Shown here: in pieces, positions 1-14,687 of the stretch
How positions within the stretch are numbered: the stretch's first letter is position 1
Layout: each line of letters starts with the position of its first letter
NCBI GenBank assembly: GCA_951406725.2
Contig: OX597827.1
Span: forward strand, 2,418,001 to 2,482,000
DNA length: 64,000 nt
Direction: 5' to 3'
Origin: Octopus vulgaris
Lineage: Eukaryota
Notes under the pieces: generated by a model
Told to the model about the DNA's origin: nothing
The model's database searches: none
What the model saw: only the letters and a program-made list of their open reading frames with translations
Program-made: the position numbers and the translations under genes

Positions 1-58
1 AGTTCAAATAACACCAAAAGTAATAGAATCTCTGGATAGGAACATTGATAGATTAAAC

Positions 59-690
59 CAGTGGTTCTGAACCAGATCCGGCACGCCCCACCACGAGTTT
101 TGGGTCTTGTGAATTCGCAAGAGGCTGAATTCGCAAAGGTGCGCTTTGGCGATGTTATGTGTTTAGAGGTGTCATGAATTTTCGTAGGAAATATTTTAAA
201 AAAGAACTTTTCTCTAGAAACAGTTATTCTATATGTGAACACTAAGAATGTTTTCTCTTTTCTCTTGATTCTTAGACAACAAACATTCTATGAAGAAAGA
301 AGAAAATATCACATTCCATGATTTAATTAAATATTTCCCTTTGTAAAATAATATCTAATGAATATGTCACGGACTATATCATACTGAGAATTTCTAAACA
401 GAATGAAATAGTGCTATTGTACAAACTCCCTAATAAGGAAACAATAAATAAATAAATACGTGATTTCTATGCATCTTTTTCCTCACAATTCCTTGACTAA
501 AATTTCTGATCCAGTCTCATATTATGAAGAAATTATTATCTCCCTTGTAATAGCTCTAATCACTAGGGAAACCATATGTTTATTTTCCAATTCTTAAAAA
601 TGTTATTATTCAAATCATAAAGAAGGGGCGTTTGTAAAGTGCAATAAGTTTAACCGGGCTGCTGCGCTACAAAAAAGCTGAGAAACACTT
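59..690. mobile_element. Non-autonomous hAT (Charlie-like) DNA transposon
   Basis: Left end CAGTGGTTCTGAACC and right end GCTGAGAAACACTT form degenerate TIRs. Flanking 8-mers GATTAAAC (51-58) and GATTACAG (691-698) match 6/8, consistent with an aged 8-bp TSD. Confidence 0.7.
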
Positions 691-976
691 GATTACAGAA
701 ATCATTAACAAATAGAGGGAGGTGCTTGTAGTACCAATAGTGAAAGAATCTCTAGTCGTTAAAGAGTTTAAATCACTAGTCGAATTGGAAACGAAAATAG
801 CTATAAAATTAGAATAGATTTTCAACCAAATACAAATTTATTTATTACAGCCAGAATTATGAAAAAGAATTTTAAGACTTTAAAACACAGAATTTCCAAA
901 GTATAATGAACTACTATACAGCAAACTAAAAGTGCGAGATCACAAAATTGAGGGACGATAAAACTGGAGATGGCTT

Positions 977-1080
977 GGCGCAGGCGTGGGATTAAGCATC
1001 TCGCTTTGAAACCACGTGACTTCGGCTGCAAGCTCACTGCGTGGTGCTTTGTCTTCTACTAAACTCATTGGCCGACTAAT
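977..1080 (+). mobile_element. tRNA-derived SINE family B, degenerate 5' part
   Basis: GGCGCAGGCGTGG...CACTGCGTGG...GTCTTCTACTA...GGCCGAC aligns with the full copy at 30271-30745. Confidence 0.65.
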
Positions 1081-1092
1081 ATTCATATATAG

Positions 1093-1323
1093 ATACCTAT
1101 TTCTTTATTGCCCACTAGGGGCTAAACATAGAGGGTACAAACAAGGACAGACATATGTATTAAGTCAATTACATCGACCCCAGTGCTAAACTGGTACTTA
1201 TTTAATCGACCCCGAAAGGATGAAAGGCAAAGTCGACCTCGGCGGAATTTGAACTCAGAACGTAACGGCAGACGAAATACGGCTACGCATTTCGCCCGGC
1301 GTGCTAACGTTTCTGCCAGCTCG
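1093..1323 (-). mobile_element. SINE family A, near full length
   Basis: Minus strand reads CGAGCTGGCAGAAACGTTAGCACGCCGGGCG...GAGTTCAAATTCC (B box)...GTCGACTTTGCCTTTCATCCTTTCGGGGTCGA...AATAAAGAAATAGGTAT. More than 10 copies in the window. AGATACC is repeated on both sides. Confidence 0.9.
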
Positions 1324-1330
1324 AGATACC

Positions 1331-1480
1331 GATGGGCTTTCACAAGTTTCTGTCAACCAAATCGATTCAGGAGGCTTTTGTCAGCCAGAGACACTTGCTT
1401 GAAGTACCACGCAGTGGGACTGAACTTGAAACCCCATGGTTGGGAAGCAGGCTTCTTACCATAACACCCACGCCTGCGCC
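1331..1480 (-). mobile_element. SINE family B, 5' half
   Basis: Reverse complement of the family B head (..CCACGCAGTGGGACTGAAC..CACGCCTGCGCC). Confidence 0.8.
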
Positions 1481-1974
1481 TTTATATATTCTTCATTTTT
1501 TTTCTGGGATAACAAGGCTTCATTTTTTTTTCTTTAAGATTAAAGCAGGGACAAGAAGGAAGAGGAGAGAAAAAAGGTACAAAATAATGAGCAAAAGCGA
1601 AAAAAATAAACAGCATGCGTAATGAAAACAAGAAAATAGCATGGACAACAACAATATTCACAAAAACTAAGCCAACCCTCCAAAATTAGTGAACCACCTC
1701 CGGGGTTTGGGGATAAAAAGGTTATAGTCTGCATGCGAGACTGCATTTTAACATGCACGTTCTCCTCCTTCAAATGGTCTTCTCCCACAATACATACATA
1801 TATGCATGCGTGTGTGTGTCTGTCTGTGTGTGTCTGTGTGTGTATCTGTGTCTGTCTGTGTGTGCCTGTGTGTATGTGTCTGTGTGTGTATGCATAAACA
1901 TATATATATATCAATGTATATAAACACACGCTCATATATATATATATATATACACACATATCTATATATACATC

Positions 1975-2008
<34 letters not shown>

Positions 2009-2211
2009 GCACGTGTGTGCGTGCGTGTGTGTGTACGTATGGGTGTGTATGTGTATATATGGAGAAAAGTAGAGGAAAATTCACACGTGCAACTAATCAA
2101 GCAGCTACCGCACACAAACATACACTGAAATACACTACTGACTCACACATACATACATACATACACACACATACACACACACACCCATACGTGCACGCGT
2201 GCGTACTAAAC

Positions 2212-2272
<61 letters not shown>

Positions 2273-2538
2273 TATATGAAAGCTCACGGAGAACAACTTC
2301 CAAAGTTCTTGTGATTTGGAATCAAACATTCGAAAATCACGAACTTAAACTATAAAAGTATCTGCTGGTGAACAGTGGAAATATCACAGCTCTCAGATCT
2401 TGCAAAAATCATCTCATGTCAAGAGATATACATATCTATTTTTTTTTTTTTTCTTCTTAGTACACAACCTGCCAATTTGTGCGTGCGTATAGGTACCGGG
2501 GAGTGTATGCATGTTTATATGTATAGGCATATATCAAT

Positions 2539-2648
<110 letters not shown>

Positions 2649-2733
2649 GTATATGTGTGTGTGTGTACATATATATATATGTATGTAGATATATATTTAT
2701 ATATACATATATATGTATGTATATATATATGCT

Positions 2734-2803
<70 letters not shown>

Positions 2804-3048
2804 TGTATGTTTCTGTGAATGTGCATGAATATCTTAATAATGGATGCATATATGAAAATGCGTCCGTACACACGCGCGTGCACATATCTACTTATCTGTC
2901 TATTAATCTATCTAGCCATCCAGCTAGCCATCCAACCACCTATCTAATTCTTTATCTACCTACCTACCTACTTATCTACCTACCTACCTTCCTACCTACC
3001 CACATACATACCTACCTACCTACCTACCTACCTACCTACCTACCAACC

Positions 3049-3094
<46 letters not shown>

Positions 3095-3106
3095 AAGATT
3101 CTTATC

Positions 3107-3157
<51 letters not shown>

Positions 3158-3611
3158 GTGTGCATATAGGATCTCTTACGAACTACGAATGAGTGAAAAT
3201 AATAACTTTTGCCAGTCGTTCATGAAGGAGTCGGTCTGAAATGCCTGAATCACCTTCACAGACGATACATTCACGACTTGAACATGAATCTTTCTGGATT
3301 CAAACCAAACGACTGCTAGCTCAGCAGCGCACTCTTGTGACAACTTCACTGTATACCGTACATCAGCCTCAACTCAAAGATCCAAAAGGCCTGCCCCTCC
3401 CCACACAAACAGAAACCAAAAGAGCAACACATATATTTATATAAATACATATAATCAACCATTAGCAGTTAAGCTAGCTGTGTGACCACCCATTTTGGCA
3501 AAAACATTTGCATACATATTACATGGACTTCAACTAATTTTGCCGGTAAATTTGAAACGTTTATATTAATTTAGCATTAGAATTCTTCAACTTGTATAAA
3601 AATAGTTATAT

Positions 3612-3727
3612 GGCGCAGGAGTGGCTGTGTGATAAGTAGCTTGCTTACCAACCACATGGTTCTGGGTTCAGCCCCACTGCACGGCACCTTGGGCAAGTGT
3701 CTTCTACTATAGACTCGGGCCGACCAA
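3612..3727 (+). mobile_element. SINE family B, 5' part
   Basis: GGCGCAGGAGTGGCTGTGTG...GGGTTCAGCCCCACTGC...TTGGGCAAGTGTCTTCTACTATAG. Confidence 0.85.
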
Positions 3728-3749
3728 TATATATATATATATACACAAT

Positions 3750-4300
3750 GAGTGAGAGAGCAATGCATATCGTGAAAGTGACACTGGGGTATAAAAGAAC
3801 AAAGTCCAATATATCCACTATGACTGCCTATTTGGTAAGGGTACAACAGGCACATGTATCTCAAATGTGTGTGCGCGACATGATGATCTCATATCATAAG
3901 AAACAGCGCATATCCTTGCAGTGGCACCCAGTTAGAATTTTCTTTAGGTTCAGATTGCCATCCCTCTCAAAAGGCCCCTGAATAAGGTTTGTTTAAAGAT
4001 GATGAACGAAACACCCATATTTCCAGAGGTGAGTTGTTCAAACCCCACAGAATTCTTCTCAACGCATGGCTGCGATGCTCTCCCACTACCTGTACTCGTC
4101 ATCAGAGATACACATATCGTCAGTCACTAAAAGACATGCTGAACTAGTTACGGTCAAGCAACTGACAAACAGTGGTACTGAGTAGAATATTTGCTGTAGC
4201 CCATCTTTTATACCAAGACAAAACAATGTACATGATAATACTTCCAATCAGTTAAGATCAGAAGCCATGAGAGCCACTGCCTGGTACTGCATCAGGGCAT
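3750..4300. mobile_element. Unclassified interspersed repeat abutting (ATT)n
   Basis: Complex 550-bp block between microsatellites. Its right end (TCAGAAGCCATGAGAGCC) recurs inverted at ~58336-58353. Confidence 0.5.
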
Positions 4301-4358
<58 letters not shown>

Positions 4359-4614
4359 CGATTCTATGTCAATGATCATCGGCGACTCTCTACCCCACGT
4401 GTCTCGTCATGGAGATCGGTCACAGGATGTGCGACGAAAGCGCTTTGACAAAGAAACTAAAGTAATAATAATAATAAAGCTGAAGTGAAGACCAAATATA
4501 CAGTGCGTGTGTTTAATTGGCAAAGTATGACCACCTCCAAATATAATAATATCAGTTTCAATATACGATTTCCCATGAAGAATCCTGCAAATCAAATACA
4601 TAAACTCATGCAAA

Positions 4615-4745
4615 GATAATCTGGAACTCGACTGAGGAAAGAAAACTCTTAAGGACCCGTCCTTGTTCTCTTTGTATCGTCTGTCTGGAGGTTTTGCGTT
4701 CTTGTCCCATTTTTGTATTTATATATATATAAAAATATAGCGGCG
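4615..4745 (+). repeat. Dispersed repeat (copies at ~37630-37730 and ~57835-57960), probably Penelope-associated
   Basis: Shared CTGG(A/T)(A/G)CT(C/T)GAC(T/C)GAGGAAAGAAA...GACCCGTCCTT motif in three places. Confidence 0.65.
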
Positions 4746-4795
4746 TACGTACACTTTGGTCTTTCTGTCTCAGTTTTCTCTCTCTCTCTCTCTCT

Positions 4796-4860
<65 letters not shown>

Positions 4861-5014
4861 TATTTGGCGATGCAAACAAGAAAAATAAAACTCAAAGCAT
4901 CAGTGTATGTGTGTGTATGTATTTTTTTACTATTTGCCAGAAAAAACAGAGTGACTAAAAGGCTTACAGTTTCGTGCGTTAAGTGCTAACCCACGAAGTG
5001 CTAACCCACATACA

Positions 5015-5049
<35 letters not shown>

Positions 5050-5432
5050 GTGTATATATATGTCTGTGGGTGTGTGTATACATGTCTGTACGTAGGTAGG
5101 TAGGAAGGGATGTATGTATCTACATATGTAAAGACACAAATACACTGATACACGCACACGCACACACACTCTCTCTCAGACACACACATATATAAACACC
5201 TATGCATGTGTGCACATCTGTGCGTGTGTGTGTGTGTATATATACAGTTACATATGTTTATGTGTGCGTACACGTATTATTACGTACAAATGTAGCATTT
5301 TTCTTTATATGATCTTTAAAAGATGCTAACATGGTCGTCACCATCATCACCATTCCCAACAGCATTGCCACATCCCCACTCAACGCCACATCACCATCAC
5401 CACCACCACCACCACTACCACCACCACCACCA

Positions 5433-5464
<32 letters not shown>

Positions 5465-5530
5465 GGACAAGAGAAGCAGAAACATTCTGCAACGAATGTT
5501 TCTTTCCTAGCTGACCGAACAAATATCTAT

Positions 5531-5569
<39 letters not shown>

Positions 5570-6006
5570 TGCAAATTTTATGTTGAACTCTCTTGAACGT
5601 TTTGCTCACCTTCCTTCATTATATATGTACAATAGGTGTCTTTATTTTCTCATTTGTTATATATACTTTCATTTACAGAAGAGTTCAGTTGGCTCCTACC
5701 TCCCTCTCTCTCTCCCTCCCTCCCTCTCTCTCCCTCTATCTCTCTTCCTATTTCTCTCTCTTTCTATCGTTGTATACATTGTTTTATATTATTTTAATCA
5801 CATTATATGATATATTTTGGAATCATTGAGTTTTACACTATATTTTTCATATCGATTATACATCACAATAAGTATACATGACATAAATAAATAAATATAT
5901 ATATATATATACACACACATGTAGATACATGTATACTTACATTCATATATATACACACACACACACTTATACACTATAAATACATATACGTATATATATG
6001 CACATA

Positions 6007-6047
<41 letters not shown>

Positions 6048-6092
6048 CATATATCTATATCTATCTATACACCTATATCTATATATATAAAG

Positions 6093-6133
<41 letters not shown>

Positions 6134-6798
6134 TATATATGCATATGTACTTTTATATATATATGCATATGTATGTATGTATGTGTGTGTGTAGTGCAAT
6201 TTGTAAGCCTAATCCAACTCGTCAAAAACAGCTGCAGTTCATTTTTTTTTCTTTTTTGTAACTTTCTTTTTTTTCTATTTTGTTTAATCTTCAAGTTTTC
6301 GCTTTTTTCCTTTGCGTTGTTCTTTCTTCTGCGTTTTGTTACTACTATCATTCTCCCACCATTTCCTGGGTGTGGAAATGTATGTATACACACACATACA
6401 AATATAGATATATATACCACTGATACATACATACATACTTACATACATGCATACATACGTACATAGATTTACCGATCCAACCATCATTGGAACTGTAAAA
6501 GTGCGTAAAACTTTCCAGAAATTTATGATTTAAGTACACATCTGCACGTCTAGACATGCAACTCTATGCATGAGAATACAAACATAAAACAAAACATGCA
6601 AACCTGCACATACACTGACTCCAAATACTGCACATATACATGCAAAAATACAGTGTTGAAGTTGTTGAAATTTTTCTGAAGGAGCACTTGGACCTACGCT
6701 AGAAACCGACTCCTATTTTGGCAAGATATCTTGAAATAAAACTAAATAACGACATATATATATAAATATTTGTGCACACACACACATACACACACACG

Positions 6799-6849
<51 letters not shown>

Positions 6850-6971
6850 ACACACACATACACACAGATGAAATATTTGCGTGTATGTATTTATACATAT
6901 GAGTGCATATGTGTTTTTATATATATATATATACAAATATATCTGAGTCTATACATATATATATGTATATA

Positions 6972-7201
6972 CAGTGTGTAGCAGAAAGGTTGCTTCGATT
7001 TCAAAGGTTAATAAAGAACAAACAGATGAGGATACAAGAAAAAACTTTGTATTTCTAGTAAGTACATTAAGTGCCATTATAATTCAAGGGATTTTGAAAA
7101 TTGTGTCTCTTAAGTGGTGACCACCAATGCTTTTCATGCCTCTTCTTGTGGTTGTTTTTTATCAACACTTGAAATCGAGGCAACCATCCTGCCGCACCCT
7201 G
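6972..7201. mobile_element. Tc1/mariner-type MITE
   Basis: ~33-bp imperfect TIRs CAGTGTGTAGCAGAAAGGTTGCTTCGATTTCAA / TTGAAATCGAGGCAACCATCCTGCCGCACCCTG, with TA on both sides. Confidence 0.85.
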
Positions 7202-7211
7202 TATATCTACT

Positions 7212-7442
7212 CCTATTTCTTTACTATTCACAAGGGGCTAAATACAGAGAGGACAAACAAGAACAGACAAACGGATTAAGTTGATTATATCGACCCCAGT
7301 ACGTAACTGGTACTTAATTTATCGACCCCCGAAAGGAGGAAAGGCAAAATTGACCTCGGCGGAATTTGAACTCCGAAAGTAGCGGCGGACGAAATACGGC
7401 TACGCATTTCGCCCGGCGTGCTAACGTTTCTGCCAGCTCACC
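7212..7442 (-). mobile_element. SINE family A
   Basis: Colinear with 1093-1323. Confidence 0.9.
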
Positions 7443-7941
7443 ATCAGAGCTTTTGAGAGGTGAACGCTAACATGTCAGAGCTTTTGAGAGGTGAAGATAT
7501 TTATTTACCCACTTGTTATCATTAGGATTACAGCCGTTTCGCAGCCTTCACCATATAGTAATAATTTCAGTGTATAATAAATTATTGTACATGTCTGTAA
7601 TAATATGCATTCTACACATTACTAATATGTATACTACACTGTACAGGTGTATATTTACAAATCATGCAGATATAGAATGTTAGCTCAATAAGATCGATCT
7701 CATAGGCTTCAACTCTCTTCATGTCTAAAATATTCATCTCTCATACACCCTCATTTTTTTGTGGTTTATATACACCTCATGAAATAATTTCATCGACTGA
7801 AACTCTTGCATTTCAGATGCATAGACCACTGTATTATACTTCGCTGTATTAGATTACAATGGCGTCTGCTAGGGTGGTCCGGTAGCGGAGCTTTCCGTGA
7901 CAGCCACATGTTTCTATGAATTCATAGACTGCCCTACAAAC

Positions 7942-8064
<123 letters not shown>

Positions 8065-8932
8065 TGCGCGCGTGAACACGCGCACACACGCACACACATA
8101 CATACACACATACATACACACATGTATAAACGTCTACAATGAAAAGCTAGACAGTGTTGGTATTTGATTTTCTGTGATTATTTCTTATTTTATATAGTCT
8201 TTGCCATGTTGGTTTCAATAGGTGGAGTACTGTGAGTGTTAATAATAATAATAATAATAATAATAACTATGATATTAACAATAGTATGAAGAAGAAGAAG
8301 AATGAGAAGAAGAAGGGGAAGAGGAAGAAAAAGGGGAAGAAGAAGAAGAAGAAGAAGAAGAAGAAGAAGAAGAATGAGAAGAAGAAGAAGAAGAAGAAGA
8401 AGAAGAAGAAGAAGAAGAAGAAGAAGAAGAAGAAGAAGAAGACTCAACAATCTCTTGTACATTGACTTCGAAAATAACGAATTTGAACTCAAAGAGTGTA
8501 GAACCAAGACGAACGACGCAAAATCATTCTTACTGTCGCTCCAACGATTCTGAGGCGTTGAGGGCCATGTGTAATGTTCTGGAACCTGTTCGTATTCCAT
8601 GTTAAACTTATTTCACTAAGCCCACATTGTTAAGGGCTATTGTTGTGATATGAATGCTGTAAGAACTGATATTCTCAGGCCTCCCATTTTTTGCCTTTAT
8701 TTTAGAATCAGAGCAACGCATAAAAAAAAAAAAATCAATTTATATTCGAGTTCTTTGTAAGAATCTTTTAGAACTATAAATCTTTTATAGATTTTTTTAA
8801 TGTATTGAAATCGTGTTCAAATATAAATGAAAAAGTCATGAAAAACAAATAAAAACTTTGATACAATTCATGATAATTTCAGGGGGAAAAAATATATATA
8901 TGTATGCACAGGAGTCGCTACTACTACTACTG

Positions 8933-9032
<100 letters not shown>

Positions 9033-9033
9033 C

Positions 9034-9080
<47 letters not shown>

Positions 9081-9437
9081 TAATAATAATAATAATAATA
9101 ATTATTATTATTATTATTATTATAATTTCATTCATTTGCCACAAGGACGAAGGATGAGAGGGACAATATAGGGACATACATAAAGTCTGGTGGTAAAAAA
9201 AGAAGAAAAAGAAAAGAGTATAAAGTATACACGAATAATGATAATAATTATAATAATAATAATAATGATAATAATAATAATAATAATGATAATAATAATA
9301 ATAATGATAATAATAATAATAATAATAATAATGATAATAATAATAATAATGTTGAGGAGGACGAAGATGAGGAGGAGGGTGGGGATGACAATACTGACAA
9401 TGTTGATGATGGTGGTGGTGGTGGTGGTGGTGGCGAC

Positions 9438-9469
<32 letters not shown>

Positions 9470-10057
9470 GAATACATCAATCTAGTTTGTATTTCCGTTT
9501 AGGAGTGTCAGATAAAAAGAACCAATGAAAATTATCCATTTCCGTTCGGAAACAGCAAAATAAAAGACAGACAGAGAGGAAAAAAAAAAAGATACAAGAA
9601 AACAAGGAAAAAGAACACACACACACACATAGAGAAGCACACACACACACACACACACACACATAGAGTGAAGCACGCACACACACATAAGGACGCACGT
9701 CCGCACATATGTACGTTTCAAATTTATTTTACAAAGACTCACGTTCGACTACAAAACATTCCTAACGCTGATTCGAATCATGACGTTTAGAAATTTCAAC
9801 GGAATCACAAAATATTTATATATTAGGATCGTTTTCTTTAATAAATAAATAAATAAATAAATAAACAAATAAACAATGACCTCTTAAGACAAGAAGAACA
9901 AACACACAGTACCGCCACCAAATAAAAGATCAACGATGATGCAGATGATGATGATGAGAAGGAGGAGGAGGAGGAAGATGAAGGGAAGGAGCAAGAGGAA
10001 GAGATGGAGATGAACATTCACTTTTGATGTCAATATATGCGTGTGTGAGCATATATA

Positions 10058-10276
<219 letters not shown>

Positions 10277-10526
10277 ATATGTATGGTATGTACGTACGTA
10301 TTCCCTAACCTGACATTACATTTTTATGGAGAATTTATGGTGCATTTCTTTAGGAGGCACATTTTTGTTTTTTAGCTGGAATGAATGGTGTATTTTAATT
10401 TCTATTTTATTAGTTTATTCCTGGTTTTTCTTTTGTATATTTAGGTTTTTTTTATTGCTTACCCATAAAAGTTTATTAAGAGTGAATCCGAAATAAATTT
10501 CAGAATCGAGAGAATCATATATATAC

Positions 10527-10607
<81 letters not shown>

Positions 10608-10904
10608 ATATATACGCAGGAGCACCAACGCCAGGATCACGTATGCGTGGAAACAACATCGACACCGGAGACATTTTAAAGGCAAATATACTTCGGCTTG
10701 CAGCAGGAAGAAATATACGAATCATCATTGTTTCCATCGTCGTCGTCGTCCTCGTCCTCCTCCTCCTCCTCCTCCTCCTCATCATCATCATCATCATCAT
10801 CTTTATCATCATCATTATTATTATTATTATAAGTATTATTATCATCATTATTATTACCATCATTATTATTATCATTATTATCATTATTATTATTATTATT
10901 ATTA

Positions 10905-10962
<58 letters not shown>

Positions 10963-11000
10963 CATCATTATTATCATTATCATCATCATCATCATCATCA

Positions 11001-11031
<31 letters not shown>

Positions 11032-11087
11032 CATCATTATTATTATTATCATCATCATTATTATTATAATTATCATTATTATCATCA

Positions 11088-11136
<49 letters not shown>

Positions 11137-11144
11137 CATTATTC

Positions 11145-11285
11145 AGCAGTCTTTTATTGCATAGTTTCACTGCATTACCGAGGGCAGCTCTTTGTGCCTT
11201 AGATACGTGTTGTGTATTGTTTCGCATTTGCCGGTTTTTATTGCATTCAAAGTGTTCTGCGTTGAATATGTGCTTTTTTCTGCAT
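11145..11285 (-). mobile_element. 3' end of R4/Dong-like non-LTR retrotransposon
   Basis: Minus strand encodes AHIQRRTL* (compare the typical C-terminus GTAHILRRTL), then a 3'UTR homologous to 12590-12702, then a (TAA/TGA)n tract. Confidence 0.6.
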
Positions 11286-11319
11286 TTTGAATGTTATACA
11301 CACACACACATATGTGTAC

Positions 11320-11388
<69 letters not shown>

Positions 11389-11504
11389 TATACATGTCTG
11401 TGTGTGTGTATGCATACATACACATTCATAGAGTAACTGCTGCATTTATTGAGTATATATACAGTTTGACTGCTTGTTTCTCCGGATACAGTCAGAATGA
11501 TGTA

Positions 11505-11554
11505 GACGACTCTGATGAGCACCCAATAAGGTTCGAAAATTCATTAAGGTCGTT
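11505..11554 (+). ncRNA. Type I hammerhead ribozyme motif (minimal helix III)
   Basis: GACGACT-CTGATGA-GCACC-caataa-GGTTC-GAAA-A-ttca-T-TA-AGGTCGTT. Canonical core boxes, one mismatch in helix II, one bulge in helix I. Confidence 0.7.
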
Positions 11555-11731
11555 CATTTTTTCAGTCTGCAGAGAAATGGCTAAAATTTGCCCTGTTTAT
11601 AATTATACCATATATTACATATATATATATATATATATATATAGCTAATTCAAATAAATAACATAAACGATAACAGACAAGAGAACGTGCACAAGGCATG
11701 TATTAATTTGACATTCGGCAAAAAAGAGAGT

Positions 11732-11766
11732 CTTCGACGTTTTGAGCATAACTCTTCGTCGGAAAG
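11732..11766 (-). ncRNA. Degenerate hammerhead motif
   Basis: Minus strand: CTTT-CCGACGA-a-GAG-ttatg-CTC-AAAA-CG-TC-GAAG (U4C and G12A changes). Homologous to 45220-45259. Confidence 0.5.
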
Positions 11767-12099
11767 GAGAAAGGGAATAGTCCAAAGAAGGAAAAGAAAT
11801 CGCCAAAAGCACATATGTAGTTACAGATAACTTCCCAAGTCCCGGTGTTTTGCATTTGTCTACATATATTGTGTCCCTGCAAGGCCGCTATCCAATAACT
11901 AATAGAAGATACTTAAAGTATCTGTTATTTCAGGTATTGTTTCTGTCTTCAGGTTCCACATTCGAGTTATGTCTCTTTGCAGGTCTTTGTATTTCAAGAG
12001 TTTCTCCAATTATTTGAGGGATACTATGTCAGCTGTTGGGATTGATATGTCGATTAGAAAGCATTATTATTTTAAAAGCCAGCTGACAGAATCTTTAGC

Positions 12100-12287
12100 A
12101 CTACAGACAAAGTGTTTAGCAATATTTCATCTGTCTTCTCGTTCTGACTTCAAGTTCTGTTGAGAATGGCTTTGGATTTTATCCTTTCGGGATCGATAAA
12201 ATAAGTACTAGTCGTATACTGGGGACGATGTGATCGACTATCCCCTCCTCACCAAATTCCAAGCCTGGCGCCTATAGCAGACAGGAC

Positions 12288-12368
<81 letters not shown>

Positions 12369-12515
12369 CTAAGGAGTTCATATTCTACCGAGGTCGACTT
12401 TATCTTTCATCCTTTCAGGGTTGATTAGATAAGTACCAGTTGCGCACTGGGGTCGATGTATTCGACTTAATCCTTTCCCCCAAATTTGAGGCTTTGTGCT
12501 TCAAGTAAAAAGAAT
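12100..12515 (+). mobile_element. Two decayed SINE family A pieces separated by (ATT)n
   Basis: ATCCTTTCGGGATCGATAAAATAAGTACTAG and GAGGTCGACTTTATCTTTCATCCTTTCAGGG..AAGTACCAG motifs. Confidence 0.7.
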
Positions 12516-12589
12516 AATTATTATCATTATCATCATCATCATCATCATCATCATTATTATTATTATTATTATTATTATTTTTTTTTATT

Positions 12590-12702
12590 TTTATAGCGTG
12601 CTTTCACTTCACTACCGAGCGCAGCTCTGTGCCTTGGGTATGTGCTGGGATTTGTTGTGATGCTCTGATGGTTATTGTATGGAAAGTGTTCTGCGTAGGA
12701 TA
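12590..12702 (-). mobile_element. 3' end of R4/Dong-like non-LTR retrotransposon within (ATT)n
   Basis: Minus strand ATCCTACGCAGAACACTTTCCATACAATAA = ILRRTLSIQ*, then a 3'UTR. (ATT)n on both sides. Confidence 0.65.
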
Positions 12703-12774
<72 letters not shown>

Positions 12775-13673
12775 TGGACGTTGTCTTTAGTTCTTAACTT
12801 CTGATCTCAAATCCCGCCGCGGTCAACTCTTTCATATATTCCTCCTTGGTCAGGAAAATATAACACCAGTCGAATACAGGAGTTGCTTGTATTATTGACA
12901 AAACCTACCCTCACCCCAAATTCTAGACCTTGTACCTAAGTTCGAAATATTTGTTGTTATTATTGTTGTTATTTTCATTTAGTTCCAGTTCTACCCCTAT
13001 CGATCTAGAATTTCATCAACGTCGTTTCAATTATGACTATCCCGTTTTTTATTCGGCTAAGTACATCTAGGATTACTTTAGCATCTGTATCTATCAGCTT
13101 GTTTTTGTTTCAATTTTCAAATGGTTGGGGATCATCTAAAGAGATTTTAGCAGCTATTTCTAGCTGCTAAAGTAGCCACTTATTGCTATCGCAGTGGTGG
13201 CGATGCTGATGCTGCTAACTTTGGCATCGTTGTTGCGATTATTTGTAAAACTCACAAATGACTGACTGAATGAAGAAATCGATAAAATAACGAAGCAAAT
13301 AAATATATAATAAATAAACATATAAATAAATAAATATTTGTTTCATTGTTCCTATATTTTGGCTTCTAATAAGTCTTTAATACTTTTACCATTTCTATTT
13401 AGCATTTTTGAATATTTTGGTCCCAGAAGACATTAAAAAATAACTGAAATTTAAAGCTCTCCTAACGACCACAATAAAAGACAAAAATGCTATATATGTC
13501 ACAATTGATAAATGACTCAGCTATTTCGCAGCAGCAGCAGTGACGGTCGTAGTAGTAGCAGTAGTAGTAGTAGTAGTAGTAGTAGTAGCAGCAGCAGCAG
13601 CAGCTGTGATTCTGAGTGTTTCTAATTTCTCTGCCACCAGAGAGGATCAGTTCATCGTTTCTGTCTCCACCAA

Positions 13674-13787
<114 letters not shown>

Positions 13788-14125
13788 ATATATATATATA
13801 TATATATGTGTATGTATGTATGTATGTGCGTGGGGGGGTGTATACCGTTTTCCGCAAAAATGCAGCCATCTTTTGAAGGAGGCCATCTTTTCTTCAAAAG
13901 AAGCATTCTTGGAAGAAAGTTCGTTACGTGTGAAGTGTAAGTATGACTATGTACAGGTATGTGTGTGCGTGCGCACATGCCAGTGCATACACATGTGCTC
14001 GCGTGCATGCACACACACGCGTACACACACACAAACATACACACAATATATATATATACGTAGAGAGAGAGAGAGATAAATAGATATATAGATTGATAGA
14101 TAGATAGATAAATAGAGTCATAAGT

Positions 14126-14221
<96 letters not shown>

Positions 14222-14339
14222 TACATGTGTTTGCGTGCGTGTGTATATGTTAGCGAGTATCGCTCTTTCCCGCTCTTACCGCTAATGGATCGCAGAAACA
14301 GGGGCGGGCAGTTTGGTGAAGACTGTGTTTTTAGCATGG

Positions 14340-14670
14340 TTGTGGTTTGTAAATGCAGAGAGTAGAGTTGGTGAAAGAAGCCAAACTATCAATATCTTCA
14401 GCTGGATTTTCGTCCCTATCCTCAACTATTGACATGAATGTTGGGCGACGTCCGAACATTTGCGACCACGAATAGAAGCGGCCAAAACGAGATTCTTCCG
14501 AATGATCTCTGGTGTCATGCTACTAGATAGGATCCATAGCTGAGGGGCCATGAAGTCTTTCTGGGTCGAGTAGCCAATTCTCTGCATTTAGAGGTCACAG
14601 CTTCTCTACTACCGTCATGAATTAGAATGTCACAATTGGCTTGGCTCGCAGAATCCGTCTTACGATTCTT
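14340..14670 (+). pseudogene. RTE-clade LINE reverse transcriptase C-terminal remnant
   Basis: Translates IFSWIFVPILNY*HECWATSEHLRPRIEAAKTRFFRMISGVMLLDRIHS*, matching the RTE pattern IF.PILTYG.E.W......RI.A.EMRFLR.I.GV...DR. In-frame stops present. Confidence 0.8.
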
Positions 14671-14687
14671 TCCTGTGATATTCTAAT

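Noticed and set aside
10620-10720. SRMRGNNIDTGDIL as a decayed CRMCG..ET..HI zinc knuckle
   Set aside because: Too few residues conserved to support the call
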